46,938 bases of DNA from Methanolinea sp. UBA473 (GTDB lineage: Archaea; Halobacteriota; Methanomicrobia; Methanomicrobiales; Methanospirillaceae), in the NCBI GenBank assembly GCA_002509495.1, contig DAEV01000012.1, forward strand, positions 4,714 through 51,651. The letters are read 5' to 3'. Positions 27,506 through 36,340 of the stretch are shown one piece after another (the first letter of the stretch is position 1; every line of letters begins with the position of its first letter). The notes beneath the pieces are model-generated. The model was not told the origin of the DNA and did not search any database. It saw only the letters and a program-made list of their open reading frames with translations. The position numbers were made by a program, and so were the translations under genes.

Positions 27506-29028
27506 TCTCGTACCTCCCGAATAAACACGATCTCTTTCTCCTTCAGGTGTTTGAGTTTCTCAATATCCCGTACCTTTCCGATCAGGTTGGTTCCTTCGAA
27601 CGGTTCGGAAGTGGGTCCAAACTCGCGGTTCTCGGAAAGCCGGACTCCCACCAGGCCCGATCCCCGCCTTGAATCGTTGGTAATGGCAAGGGAGGCGGCC
27701 GGGACCAGGTCCTGCGGAGTGTGTTCGGGGATGATCTTCACCCCAAGCGGAATCTTTGGTTTGAAGAGATAGACATCCTCGAAGGTGAAGAAGAACGGCA
27801 TCCTTCCCACATCGTGGAGGTGCAGCCCTGTGAGCCTCCGGAAGATGTCGCAGGATCCCGGGGCGTTCTCATCATCGAGGACAATATCGACGACCTTCTC
27901 GAGCGCGATGGTGGTGAGACTTACTTTTCCTGCAGCAAGGCTCTCCAGGGTCGTTTCGGGCGTCTGTTCGATAACCACCCTGTCCGGTCCCATGGTATCG
28001 ACCATGGTTTCGATGTTCCTTGATGCTGCGGTCTCGATCGCCGTATCCAACGGTAAACCGACGAGATCAAACTGCCTCGGTTCCAGCCGGATGCAAAGGA
28101 TGTCGCCTTCCTTTGCGAGCCGCGGGATCTCCAGGCCATGGGTTACCTGTCCGAGGGTGGTATGGGAAGGCGTTTTGGGAAGATCCTGGAGGTAGATGTA
28201 GAGAGATCCACGGGAGCGTCCCCTTGTGCGGACCGTAACACTGCCCTCCCTCCTGGGGAGGTTCTCGGCTGCGGGTACGTCTGTCTCCTCTCTCCTCTCA
28301 TCGAGGATATAGGTGCTGGCAGACCTCCCGACCACAAAATGCCCGTCCTGCAGGGCGAGAAGCATATGCTCTACACTCCGGGATGTGGTTTCCGAGAACA
28401 GCATCCCGGGATACCCGGACGCGGTAATCCCAAGGAATGTCACGATCTCCATCCCATCTTCCAGCACGAGATCGCTATCCCGGGTAGTGAACGATCGGCT
28501 CGTGTCGGCCCAGCTGATCACGGGGGCTATCCCGGTGATCCGATCCCCCGTCCCCCATCGGTCGAGAACCCCCCGTCCACTTACCACTCGGCCGATCACG
28601 CCGCCTGCTGCATCTGCCCCGAAGTCGGAGGAGTGCCTGCCCCGGGAGAAGATCAGGTAGGAATGCTTGGGGTCGTACCCGCCGCAGCCCAGTACGAGGT
28701 CCCCGTTCTCATACAGGTGCGTGGTCCTTGCAGGGACGATCCGGGTGGAAAAAGGGCCGAACGCTGCGGCATACCGGTCATGCCAGTGCAGGGTGAGAGG
28801 CATTGTAAGGTCCGGGGACAGGAAGGCCCGCCGCCCCTCCTCGGTCAACTCCACCACGACCTCGCCCGCGGTGGTAGTCAGGCGGTAACTCTTCGTCTCC
28901 GTAGACTCGCGTGTCCCCGGCCGGACAATCGCTACACAGCAGGCAGGATCGCGACCGGGGACCACATCCCGGAGCCTGCTCCCTTCTTCGATCTCCAGCC
29001 TATCTCCGTCGAGGAGGATGGCGATCAT
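27502..29028 (-). CDS. mmp3: Methanogenesis marker protein 3 (UPF0288)
   Basis: 508 aa, immediately downstream of atwA after a 9-nt gap. Length and position fit marker 3. Confidence 0.7.
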   Translation of the reverse strand: MIAILLDGDRLEIEEGSRLRDVVPGRDPACCVAIVRPGTRESTETKSYRLTTTAGEVVVELTEEGRRAFLSPDLTMPLTLHWHDRYAAAFGPFSTRIVPARTTHLYENGDLVLGCGGYDPKHSYLIFSRGRHSSDFGADAAGGVIGRVVSGRGVLDRWGTGDRITGIAPVISWADTSRSFTTRDSDLVLEDGMEIVTFLGITASGYPGMLFSETTSRSVEHMLLALQDGHFVVGRSASTYILDERREETDVPAAENLPRREGSVTVRTRGRSRGSLYIYLQDLPKTPSHTTLGQVTHGLEIPRLAKEGDILCIRLEPRQFDLVGLPLDTAIETAASRNIETMVDTMGPDRVVIEQTPETTLESLAAGKVSLTTIALEKVVDIVLDDENAPGSCDIFRRLTGLHLHDVGRMPFFFTFEDVYLFKPKIPLGVKIIPEHTPQDLVPAASLAITNDSRRGSGLVGVRLSENREFGPTSEPFEGTNLIGKVRDIEKLKHLKEKEIVFIREVRE

Positions 29029-29037
29029 TGCCCGACC

Positions 29038-30645
29038 TCAGGGGGCGGATTTGCCCATGACCTCGCGCTCTTCCTGGGTCAGGCTCGCCAGGACTTCAGG
29101 AGTCTTGCCGATCTTTACGATCTTACCTCCTCTCATCAGTGCGCAACGGTCACAGATGTCGCGGACGAAGTCCATATCGTGTGAGACCACGATGAATGTC
29201 TCATCCATCTCGTCCCTGGCATGCATGATGGAATGTTTCACATCGATCTTTGTCAGGGGGTCCATGGTCCCCGTTGGCTCGTCCAGGATGACGACCCTGG
29301 GTTCGCGGATGAGGACCTGGGCGAGGGCCACCCTGTGCTTCTCCCCCTCGGAGAGCTGGTCCGGGTAGCGGTCGAGGATCTCCCTGCTCTTCTCCTCCGG
29401 AAATCCCGCCATTTTGAGGGTGATGATGGCCTTCCTCATCGCAAGTTCCTTCGGGAACTCGAGGCCGATCGCATCGGTCAGGTTATCGAGAACCGTGCGG
29501 TGGGGGAACAGGTCGTACTCCTGGTGGAGCAGCCCGATATAGCTCTTTGCCCTTCCACGATTTTCGATCCCTGGTTTCGTCATATCCACGCGGTCATCCC
29601 CGATGCGGATGATCATCTCTCCGGAAGTGGGTTCGATGATCCCTGAGATGATGCGGGAGAGGGTTGTCTTTCCTGCGCCACTCTTGCCGATGATCCCGAA
29701 GATTTCCTTTGCGGCGACATCGAAGGTGACCCCGTTCACCGCCCTGACTACCCCGCGGTCCACTGAAATGTAACGTTTGAAAACGTCCCTTGCGACCATG
29801 ATCTCAGGGCCAAACTCCGGGATCTCGAACTTTTCGGTATCCGAGAGATCGGCCATGAACCTGTGGATGACCTCTGCAGGAGTTCCAAGGGCAGCGATCT
29901 TCCCGTCCTCCAGGAGGAGTGCACGATCTGCCACTTCCTCGATTACCTGGGAGAAATGGGAGGTAACAACCATCCCCATGTTATTGGACTCTGCTGCCCC
30001 GGACAGCATGGTATGGACGAGGTGTGCGGTTTCAGGATCGAGTGTGCCGGTAGGCTCGTCCGCATAAAGGAGGAACGGCTCTTTTGCCAGTTGCCGGGCG
30101 AGGACCACCCTCTGCTTCTCGCCTCCGGAGAGATCCCGGGCGATGTGCATCATTCGATGGGATAGCCGGACCTGGTCCAGGAGGTCGGCAGCACGGTTGA
30201 TGGACTTGTCCTGGGGAAAATTGATGTCGTCGAGGGCGTGAAGGACGTTCTCGATAACCCGGTCATTCCCATACAGGGCAAAGGTCCTCTGGAACATGAT
30301 GGCGGTCCGCCTCATGACCCGTCGTCTCATCGCCTCGTCGTGCCAGAAGTCCACGTCCGCAGGCTTGAGCGTTCCTCCTCCGCACTCGGGGCATGGCTTA
30401 CCCGCGGCGCTCCCCACGGTCACATACTCGCAGGAATCGCATGCTGCAACGTGATAGATGATCCGGCCGGAGGTGGGGGACTGCTCCACACCACGCATCA
30501 GGTGCATGAGCACGGTTTTTCCCGCTCCGCTCCGTCCGATGATCCCCAGAACCTCCCCCTCCCCGATCTCGAATGAAATATTATTTAGGACCTTTTTTCC
30601 GTCAAAATCCATGCAAAGATTCTCTACGGTGATCAGCGGGGCCAT
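29038..30645 (-). CDS. atwA: Methyl-coenzyme M reductase system component A2 (double ABC ATPase)
   Basis: 535 aa with two ABC cassettes. Walker A motifs are GRSGAGKT and GKSGAGKT, signatures are LSGGEKQR and LSEGEKHR. A Cys-rich insertion (CDSCEY...CPECGGG) lies in cassette 1, as in A2 proteins. Confidence 0.88.
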   Translation of the reverse strand: MAPLITVENLCMDFDGKKVLNNISFEIGEGEVLGIIGRSGAGKTVLMHLMRGVEQSPTSGRIIYHVAACDSCEYVTVGSAAGKPCPECGGGTLKPADVDFWHDEAMRRRVMRRTAIMFQRTFALYGNDRVIENVLHALDDINFPQDKSINRAADLLDQVRLSHRMMHIARDLSGGEKQRVVLARQLAKEPFLLYADEPTGTLDPETAHLVHTMLSGAAESNNMGMVVTSHFSQVIEEVADRALLLEDGKIAALGTPAEVIHRFMADLSDTEKFEIPEFGPEIMVARDVFKRYISVDRGVVRAVNGVTFDVAAKEIFGIIGKSGAGKTTLSRIISGIIEPTSGEMIIRIGDDRVDMTKPGIENRGRAKSYIGLLHQEYDLFPHRTVLDNLTDAIGLEFPKELAMRKAIITLKMAGFPEEKSREILDRYPDQLSEGEKHRVALAQVLIREPRVVILDEPTGTMDPLTKIDVKHSIMHARDEMDETFIVVSHDMDFVRDICDRCALMRGGKIVKIGKTPEVLASLTQEEREVMGKSAP

Positions 30646-30687
30646 TCTCCTCCTCTCATACCTAATGTGGTGCAGGGTGCTTATTAC

Positions 30688-30696
30688 CTTTTATAT
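30688..30696 (-). promoter_or_regulatory. TATA-box-like element (ATATAAAAG on the minus strand) for the atwA-mmp operon
   Basis: It lies in the 63-nt gap between the HAD gene and atwA, about 47 nt upstream of the atwA ATG. The implied short leader contains GAGGAGGAGA directly before the ATG. Confidence 0.45.
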
Positions 30697-30708
30697 CTCA
30701 GCAGGAAT

Positions 30709-31524
30709 TCAGGCATTTGGGTGCAGGCTCTTCACGATCGCGACCACTTCCCTGACGTTCTGCACCACGTGGTCTGCAGCCTTGTAGAGTTCGTCGTGTT
30801 TTTCCCCCGACTGCTCCTCGGTGAGGATGGCCACGTCCGCCCTTTTCATGGCCAGGAGGTCGTTGATCCCGTCCCCGACCATCACAACCTTGTCGTACTC
30901 GGCCTGGAGGTCCGCCACGATCTGGGCTTTCAGAGTGGGAGTGGCGATTCCATATACGCGATCGCGGGGAATGCCCAGGTAATCGGCCATTTTCTCCAGC
31001 TTGGCCACCCTGTCCCCTGAGGCGATAAATGCCGGGATCCCCTCCCTGTGCAGTTCCCGGATGGCCTCCCTGGCTCCTTCGAAGGGTTTTCCCCCGGTGG
31101 TCACGGTGAACTCGATCCCGGGAAGACCCATATTGATGATCACCCCGCTGTTCATCGTCACCACCGCTTCCCGGTGACACACGTTCCAGACGTTGCGGAT
31201 ACAGTCCTGCAGATCTCCTACGTCTGCGAACGTGTCCTCGTAGAGGACTTTCCCAACCTCCTCCGCGACCAGGACTTTCCGGGTGCAGCTTACCCCAAAA
31301 CCGACCCTGTTCCTGACAAGGTACGACGAAAGACTGGTTTCGGGGGGTGTCTCTATAATATCCCGGGAATGGACGTGGATGACCACGAGCACACGTTCCG
31401 GGGAGCTGAACGTCAGGGTCACGGTCTCGATCCCTGGGAGGAGTTCCCCATGGATCACGTCCTTGGCAACCCTGTAAGTATGAAGGAGGGTACCAGCGCT
31501 GTCGAACACCACGGCGATGGACAT
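30709..31524 (-). CDS. HAD-superfamily protein, soluble P-type-ATPase-like
   Basis: 271 aa. Motif I reads FDSAGT, which resembles DKTGT. The hinge motif is VMVGDGINDLLAMKRADVAI, which resembles GDGxNDxPAL. There are no TM segments. Confidence 0.7.
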   Translation of the reverse strand: MSIAVVFDSAGTLLHTYRVAKDVIHGELLPGIETVTLTFSSPERVLVVIHVHSRDIIETPPETSLSSYLVRNRVGFGVSCTRKVLVAEEVGKVLYEDTFADVGDLQDCIRNVWNVCHREAVVTMNSGVIINMGLPGIEFTVTTGGKPFEGAREAIRELHREGIPAFIASGDRVAKLEKMADYLGIPRDRVYGIATPTLKAQIVADLQAEYDKVVMVGDGINDLLAMKRADVAILTEEQSGEKHDELYKAADHVVQNVREVVAIVKSLHPNA

Positions 31525-31582
31525 GGATGAAAAAACCCCGCAAACTTATTTGCGCTGCATGGGCACCTATGTAGTGTTGCCC

Positions 31583-32539
31583 ATGGTGCTTACTGATACC
31601 GCGGAGAAGATAAAACGGATGGAGATCCGGGGTGCAGGGAGGATTGCGAGGGCAGCGGTAGCAGCCCTGCGGGACCATTCCTCATCTTTATCCGTGGGAA
31701 GTCCGGAAGAGTATGCGGTAGAGATGGGGAGGGCCGGAAGAATCCTCACCGCGACCCGCCCCACCGCGGTATCGCTCCCCAATGCGGTCCATTTTGCACT
31801 ATCAGCCTTGAGAGAACCTTTTCCGACGGTGGAAGAAGCAAAGGCCGAATTCGCAGCTCGCTGTGACCGGTTCATCGTATCTTCCGAGGGGGCGATCCGG
31901 AGGATTGGGGAGATCGGTTCCCGCCACATCCGCGACGGGGACGTGGTGCTCACCCATTGCAACTCCGAGGCGGCCATCTCCTGTCTCCTCGAGGCGCACC
32001 GGAAAGGAGCGGAGTTCTCGGTTTTCGCGACAGAGGTGCGTCCGAGGAACCAGGGCCACCTCACCATCCGGACCCTGGACCGTGCCGGGATCCCAACGAA
32101 TTTTATCGTGGACTCCGCTGCCAGGTACTATATGAACGAGGTGGACCTGGTGGTGGTGGGCGCCGATGCGGTAGCAGTGAATGGCGCGGTGGTGAACAAG
32201 ATAGGGACGTCCCAGATCGCCCTGGCAGCCCACGAAGCCCGCACCAGGTTCATGGTTGCCGCGGAGACCTACAAATTCGCCCCCCGCACGATCCTCGGAG
32301 AGTACATCGAGATCGAGGAGAGGGACAGCACGGAGGTGCTCTCATCAGAAGAAGCAGCGTTCCTTCCCCATGTCCGGGTCAGGAATCCTGCCTTCGACGT
32401 AACGCCTGCGGAATACGTGGATCTCATTGTGACCGAGGAAGGGGCGGTCCCCCCCCAGATGGCCTATATCATCATCAGGGACTACCTTGGATGGGAGATC
32501 TCTGAATACCACTGCGAACTGGATGGAGAGATGGATTAA
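31583..32539 (+). CDS. eIF-2B alpha/beta/delta family protein, likely ribose-1,5-bisphosphate isomerase
   Basis: I prefer the start at ATG 31583 (MVLTDTAEKIKRMEIRGAGRIARAA...), which matches archaeal e2b2 N-termini. GADAVAVNGAVVNKIGT is a family motif. The ORF-track start at 31517 would overlap the divergent HAD gene. Confidence 0.78.
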   Translation: MVLTDTAEKIKRMEIRGAGRIARAAVAALRDHSSSLSVGSPEEYAVEMGRAGRILTATRPTAVSLPNAVHFALSALREPFPTVEEAKAEFAARCDRFIVSSEGAIRRIGEIGSRHIRDGDVVLTHCNSEAAISCLLEAHRKGAEFSVFATEVRPRNQGHLTIRTLDRAGIPTNFIVDSAARYYMNEVDLVVVGADAVAVNGAVVNKIGTSQIALAAHEARTRFMVAAETYKFAPRTILGEYIEIEERDSTEVLSSEEAAFLPHVRVRNPAFDVTPAEYVDLIVTEEGAVPPQMAYIIIRDYLGWEISEYHCELDGEMD

Positions 32540-32685
32540 CCGGAGTGATACGGATGAAAGACCTGATCGCAACTTTTTATCTCCAGCCCGGCCGGGATAC
32601 TGTACCGGGGCATGCATCGCGTGCGGAATGCGAGTTGGAACGGGCCCTGGCCACGCGGGGTACTCCCCACACTGGAGGAACCTGA

Positions 32686-33504
32686 ATGCAAATGCTTTTT
32701 ACCAAAATGCAGGGGAACGGGAACGATTTTATCCTGATCGACGAGTCAGAAGGGATCGCGATCCCGGATGAGATGAAGCCCGAGTTCGCGCTTCTCTACT
32801 GCGACCGGAGGTTCGGGATCGGGGGCGACGGAGTGCTCTACCTCTCGAAGTCCACGAAGGCAAACGTGAAAATGCGCCTTTTCCAGCCCGACGGGAGCGA
32901 GGCGGAGATGTGCGGGAACGGGATCCGCTGCCTGGCCAAGTACGCCTTCGATGCCGGGTTTGTGAAGGACTCCTGCAAAGTGGAGACTCCTGCAGGGATC
33001 ATTCCGGTGACGATGGTCTACGCGGAAGAGGAGTTCACCGCGACGGTCGAGATGCCTGAGCCGAAGTTCGACCGGAAGGACATCCCTGCCACGGGGGAGG
33101 GGGAGTTCAAAGAAGAGATCTCAGGATTCCAGGTCTATGCGGTGAACACCGGCGTGCCCCACGCGGTGATCTTCACGGAGTCCCTGGACGCAGTGGACGT
33201 TGCGGCGGTCGCCCCCGGCATCAGGAACCATCCGACCTTTCCCAAGGGCGCGAACGTGAACTTCGTAGAGCGGTCAGGAGAGAACGCGCTCCGGATCCGC
33301 ACCTTCGAGCGGGGAGTCGAGGAGGAAACGTTCTCCTGCGGGACCGGCGCTACGGCATCTGCGGCGGTCGCCCACCACATCGGGTATGTGGGCACGACCG
33401 TGAACGTGGAGACCAAGGGGGGGCCGCTCACGATCTACCTGGAGAACGGGACCCGGATGGAGGGCCCGGCGACCACGGTCTTTTTCGGCCAGATCACGTT
33501 CTGA
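32686..33504 (+). CDS. dapF: Diaminopimelate epimerase
   Basis: 272 aa. MQGNGNDFILID, catalytic Cys motifs EMCGNGIRC and FSCGTGATA. Confidence 0.92.
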   Translation: MQMLFTKMQGNGNDFILIDESEGIAIPDEMKPEFALLYCDRRFGIGGDGVLYLSKSTKANVKMRLFQPDGSEAEMCGNGIRCLAKYAFDAGFVKDSCKVETPAGIIPVTMVYAEEEFTATVEMPEPKFDRKDIPATGEGEFKEEISGFQVYAVNTGVPHAVIFTESLDAVDVAAVAPGIRNHPTFPKGANVNFVERSGENALRIRTFERGVEEETFSCGTGATASAAVAHHIGYVGTTVNVETKGGPLTIYLENGTRMEGPATTVFFGQITF

Positions 33505-33535
33505 TTGGATTATCCGAACAAGACAGGGCATACTC

Positions 33536-33541
33536 TTTTTT
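33536..33541 (+). terminator. Oligo-T tract (T6) downstream of dapF, an archaeal-type terminator candidate
   Basis: CTCTTTTTTCA lies 32 nt after the dapF stop, at the point where composition turns AT-rich. Confidence 0.4.
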
Positions 33542-33585
33542 CATCTGATTCGTAGTTCGAGCCACGATGTTCCCTGGTGATATTT

Positions 33586-33645
33586 TTAAATTCATCGTAC
33601 CGATGAACATTCATCACTGCGATTAATATTCATAGAACCAATAAA
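33586..33645. repeat. Three tandem, imperfect 19-nt-phased repeats (ATTCAT[C/A]-N4-C[G/A]AT). The first overlaps a 7-bp-arm palindrome TTCATCG-TAC-CGATGAA (33591-33607).
   Basis: ATTCAT occurs at 33590, 33609 and 33628, exactly 19 nt apart. CGAT/CGAT/CAAT follow at +11 (33601, 33620, 33639). A weaker fourth unit lies about 2 nt out of phase (CGAT at 33660). Confidence 0.55.
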
Positions 33646-33841
33646 TTATACCTCTTATTCGATTTGTTATATCAATCCAGAAAGTATTTCGCAAATAAGA
33701 TTAAACGAACAACAGTCACCTGGGGTTCTCCTCACGAGCATGATGTTGAACCCCACGTGGCCCGAAGGCATGAGGTAATCTGCGTTTCAGGATAAAAAGG
33801 ATTTCTTCGTGCCTTGTATTTGAGTAATACAGAGGTGAAGA

Positions 33842-35350
33842 ATGAGAAGAACAAGGAGAGAGAACCGGTTCTGTTGGCTGCTTGTCACACTGCTCATCAC
33901 AAGCTTCCTCCTCCCACCGGTTTTTGCCACTATTTCTAGTGAAAAAGAAAAAGGACTGACTAAAGAAGAAGAAACAGTTCTTTTTACTCCGGAAGGCCAC
34001 TATCGCGCACCCCCTGCCCTTCCCGACGAATTCAGGGAGAACCTTTCACTCTGGCAACTCCCCGGATACGAAACACAACTGACAGAGGGGAAGATGTTGA
34101 CGACACCCTATTCCGATGGAACGATCCAGCTGCAGAATGGATGGAATTTAATTTCCATTCCCAAGAAGTTATTATCCGGTTACGACACCGCGGGATATGT
34201 GTTTGCCGGACTGGATTCCGGTGGACGATCCATCTGGCATTATAACGGTTCGACGCAATTGTGGGATCGTGTATTGCCTGGTACAGTCCTAAAACCGTTG
34301 GAAGGATATTATGCCTATTCTGTAGGATCATTCACTCTGAATACGGTTTATCTCCCTCCAGCTCAACAACCGAATCCTTCCACAAACCTATACCCAGGTT
34401 GGAACATGATTGGATTTTTCGATCCCATGGGGAATTCGGAAGATGATTTCCTTCACGCGGCCATGGCACGCGATGAACTGGCGCAATTAGGTGGCAGCTG
34501 GTCCGAGATCCAGGGATTCGATCCCATAACCCAGCAGTACGAGACGAGTATCATCAATGGCGGATCCGGTATCCATTCCGATTACCAGTTGATGTACCCG
34601 GAAAAAGGTTACTGGATTTGGATGAATTCAGATTATAGCGGTTGGACTATTCCTACGTATCATACCTACTATTGCTCGGCTGAGTGGGTGAACGACTATC
34701 ATGGGCAACAACCACCGTTATCTTTGTCTGACGATGCAGCAATTGGTTTTTATGAAGAGCTTAGTTCAGCCCCTAATTGGCAAGGACGGTTTATCATTGG
34801 AGATGATAATGGATTAGCTCAAGAGATTCATTGGAAAGAAGCGACTGATTCAAATTATATCGACAATACTAACTTCGCATACTTTGCCGGACACGGTGCC
34901 TCGGATAGAATTGTATTCTACCATCCAAGTGATGAGAATCAACGTAGTCTTTATTATAATGAGGCCCAATGGGGAAACGGCCAGGTTGACTGGATCGCCC
35001 TTGATGCATGCAATGTTTTGCAAGAGTCTGGAAAGGATAATTGGAAATCTGCCTTCAAAGGACTGCATTCAATTGTCGGATGGCATACTAATGCATATGC
35101 CCATCAGAATTTTGGCAACATCTTTTCGGCAAGATTGAAATTAGGGGACACAATTTGGTATGCTTGGAGATATGCAGGACAGTATTGCGCACCATCATAT
35201 TATGAAATTGCAATTCTCGCGGTCGACCTCGATGGTAATCCAAGTACTAGAGATTGTGTCGATGATCACATCTATGAAAAAGGCCAATGGATAAGCCCAA
35301 TGGGAAATCCAGAGCTGAATAATTTCGTTTATTACAGGGAGTATTGTTGA
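33842..35350 (+). CDS. Secreted protein of unknown function with a C-terminal clan-CD-like (gingipain/legumain/caspase-style) His-Gly ... Ala-Cys dyad
   Basis: 502 aa. Signal peptide MRRTRRENRFCWLLVTLLITSFLLPPVFA after GAGGTGA. The N-terminal half has two similar modules (NGWNLISIP...PLEGYYAY and YPGWNMIGF...PEKGYWIWM). The C-terminal half has NFAYFAGHG (His codon 34892-34894) and VDWIALDAC (Cys codon 35009-35011), 39 residues apart, each preceded by a hydrophobic strand. Confidence 0.5.
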   Translation: MRRTRRENRFCWLLVTLLITSFLLPPVFATISSEKEKGLTKEEETVLFTPEGHYRAPPALPDEFRENLSLWQLPGYETQLTEGKMLTTPYSDGTIQLQNGWNLISIPKKLLSGYDTAGYVFAGLDSGGRSIWHYNGSTQLWDRVLPGTVLKPLEGYYAYSVGSFTLNTVYLPPAQQPNPSTNLYPGWNMIGFFDPMGNSEDDFLHAAMARDELAQLGGSWSEIQGFDPITQQYETSIINGGSGIHSDYQLMYPEKGYWIWMNSDYSGWTIPTYHTYYCSAEWVNDYHGQQPPLSLSDDAAIGFYEELSSAPNWQGRFIIGDDNGLAQEIHWKEATDSNYIDNTNFAYFAGHGASDRIVFYHPSDENQRSLYYNEAQWGNGQVDWIALDACNVLQESGKDNWKSAFKGLHSIVGWHTNAYAHQNFGNIFSARLKLGDTIWYAWRYAGQYCAPSYYEIAILAVDLDGNPSTRDCVDDHIYEKGQWISPMGNPELNNFVYYREYC

Positions 35351-35368
35351 AAACAATGGAGGATTACC

Positions 35369-36328
35369 ATGACATTTAAGCAAAAATTATCTATCACTGG
35401 CATTGTGGTAATAGTTCTTATCAGTTCAATATTACTGATGGGATTTTATTCCACAGGAATTCATCCTCCTAACAATGTAAGTGTCACGAATGTTGAAGTC
35501 AGGAGTTTGATCGAAGGATCAAATATAATCCCCGATCTGTCAGTGAATGCCACATTACCCACCGTCCCGGAGGAAATCATGGTGTATACAGCCACACGCG
35601 GGATTGACAATGAAGGTTTTCGTCGTATAGCGAATGAATTAGGCATTCACGGAGAAGAAAAGGAAGAATACGGCTTTGTTATTTCGAAGAACGAACAATC
35701 TCAGGTTGATGCGGAACTCTCAACCGGTGTAATCTCTTATAAGAACCAATCAAAGCAACCGGATTATGATGAAGCAAGCATTGATAAATATCTGCCCAGT
35801 GACGAAGAGGCACGGAAAATTGCAGATGACTTCCTTGCTACGAAGAACTTAAAGCCTGATGATGCAGTATTTCTGGATATTACTCACAATGAGGGATTTC
35901 TTTTAGGAGATCCACCCAGAAAATGCTCGGAATCCATTAATGTTGAATATATTCATGAAATTAATGGCCATAAATTACTCACAGACCAACTCCGGATTGA
36001 GATCGGTGTTCATGGTGCAGTATTGTCCATGTTTAAAAAATGGACCGATTATAAACCGCTCAAAGAATATCCTTTGATAACACCGGATAATGCAATCAAA
36101 AGCATCAAGAAATCGGGTGTGGTTATCCCAAGCGGCATGAAAGATCCGCAGAAAGCGACCGTTAGGGAAATCTCCATCGGGTATATCGGAGAAACTCAAT
36201 CAGGAAACCTTCCCTACCTGATTCCAGTCTATGTTTTTGAGGGTACTGTGGAAGGGGCAGATGGCAGTTCAGCCGTATTCTATCAATGGATCCCGGCAAC
36301 GCCAGAACTCGCATCGGGGATCACTTGA
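35369..36328 (+). CDS. Membrane-anchored extracytoplasmic protein of unknown function (island paralog 1)
   Basis: 319 aa. GGAGG lies 7 nt upstream of the start. One N-terminal TM helix (LSITGIVVIVLISSILLMGFY), then repeated helix-plus-sheet modules (GFRRIANELGIHGE; LPSDEEARKIADDFL; PYLIPVYVFEG). No family confidently recognised. Confidence 0.6.
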   Translation: MTFKQKLSITGIVVIVLISSILLMGFYSTGIHPPNNVSVTNVEVRSLIEGSNIIPDLSVNATLPTVPEEIMVYTATRGIDNEGFRRIANELGIHGEEKEEYGFVISKNEQSQVDAELSTGVISYKNQSKQPDYDEASIDKYLPSDEEARKIADDFLATKNLKPDDAVFLDITHNEGFLLGDPPRKCSESINVEYIHEINGHKLLTDQLRIEIGVHGAVLSMFKKWTDYKPLKEYPLITPDNAIKSIKKSGVVIPSGMKDPQKATVREISIGYIGETQSGNLPYLIPVYVFEGTVEGADGSSAVFYQWIPATPELASGIT

Positions 36329-36340
36329 TATTGCAGGGAA

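Noticed and set aside
28138-29184. 348-aa plus-strand ORF antisense to mmp3. The same applies to 18924..19853 (-) antisense to ygiQ, 1284..2198 (+) antisense to gap, and 30698..31678 (-) in an alternate frame of the HAD gene.
   Set aside because: Same reasoning. Each overlaps a confidently identified gene, and the translations have biased composition and no motifs.
33568-33582. ORB-like (origin recognition box) sequence GTTCCCTGGTGATAT in the AT-rich leader
   Set aside because: It is a single, imperfect copy with no inverted partner ORB. There is no adjacent orc1/cdc6 gene, and the similarity to the mini-ORB TCCAGTGGAAA is weak.
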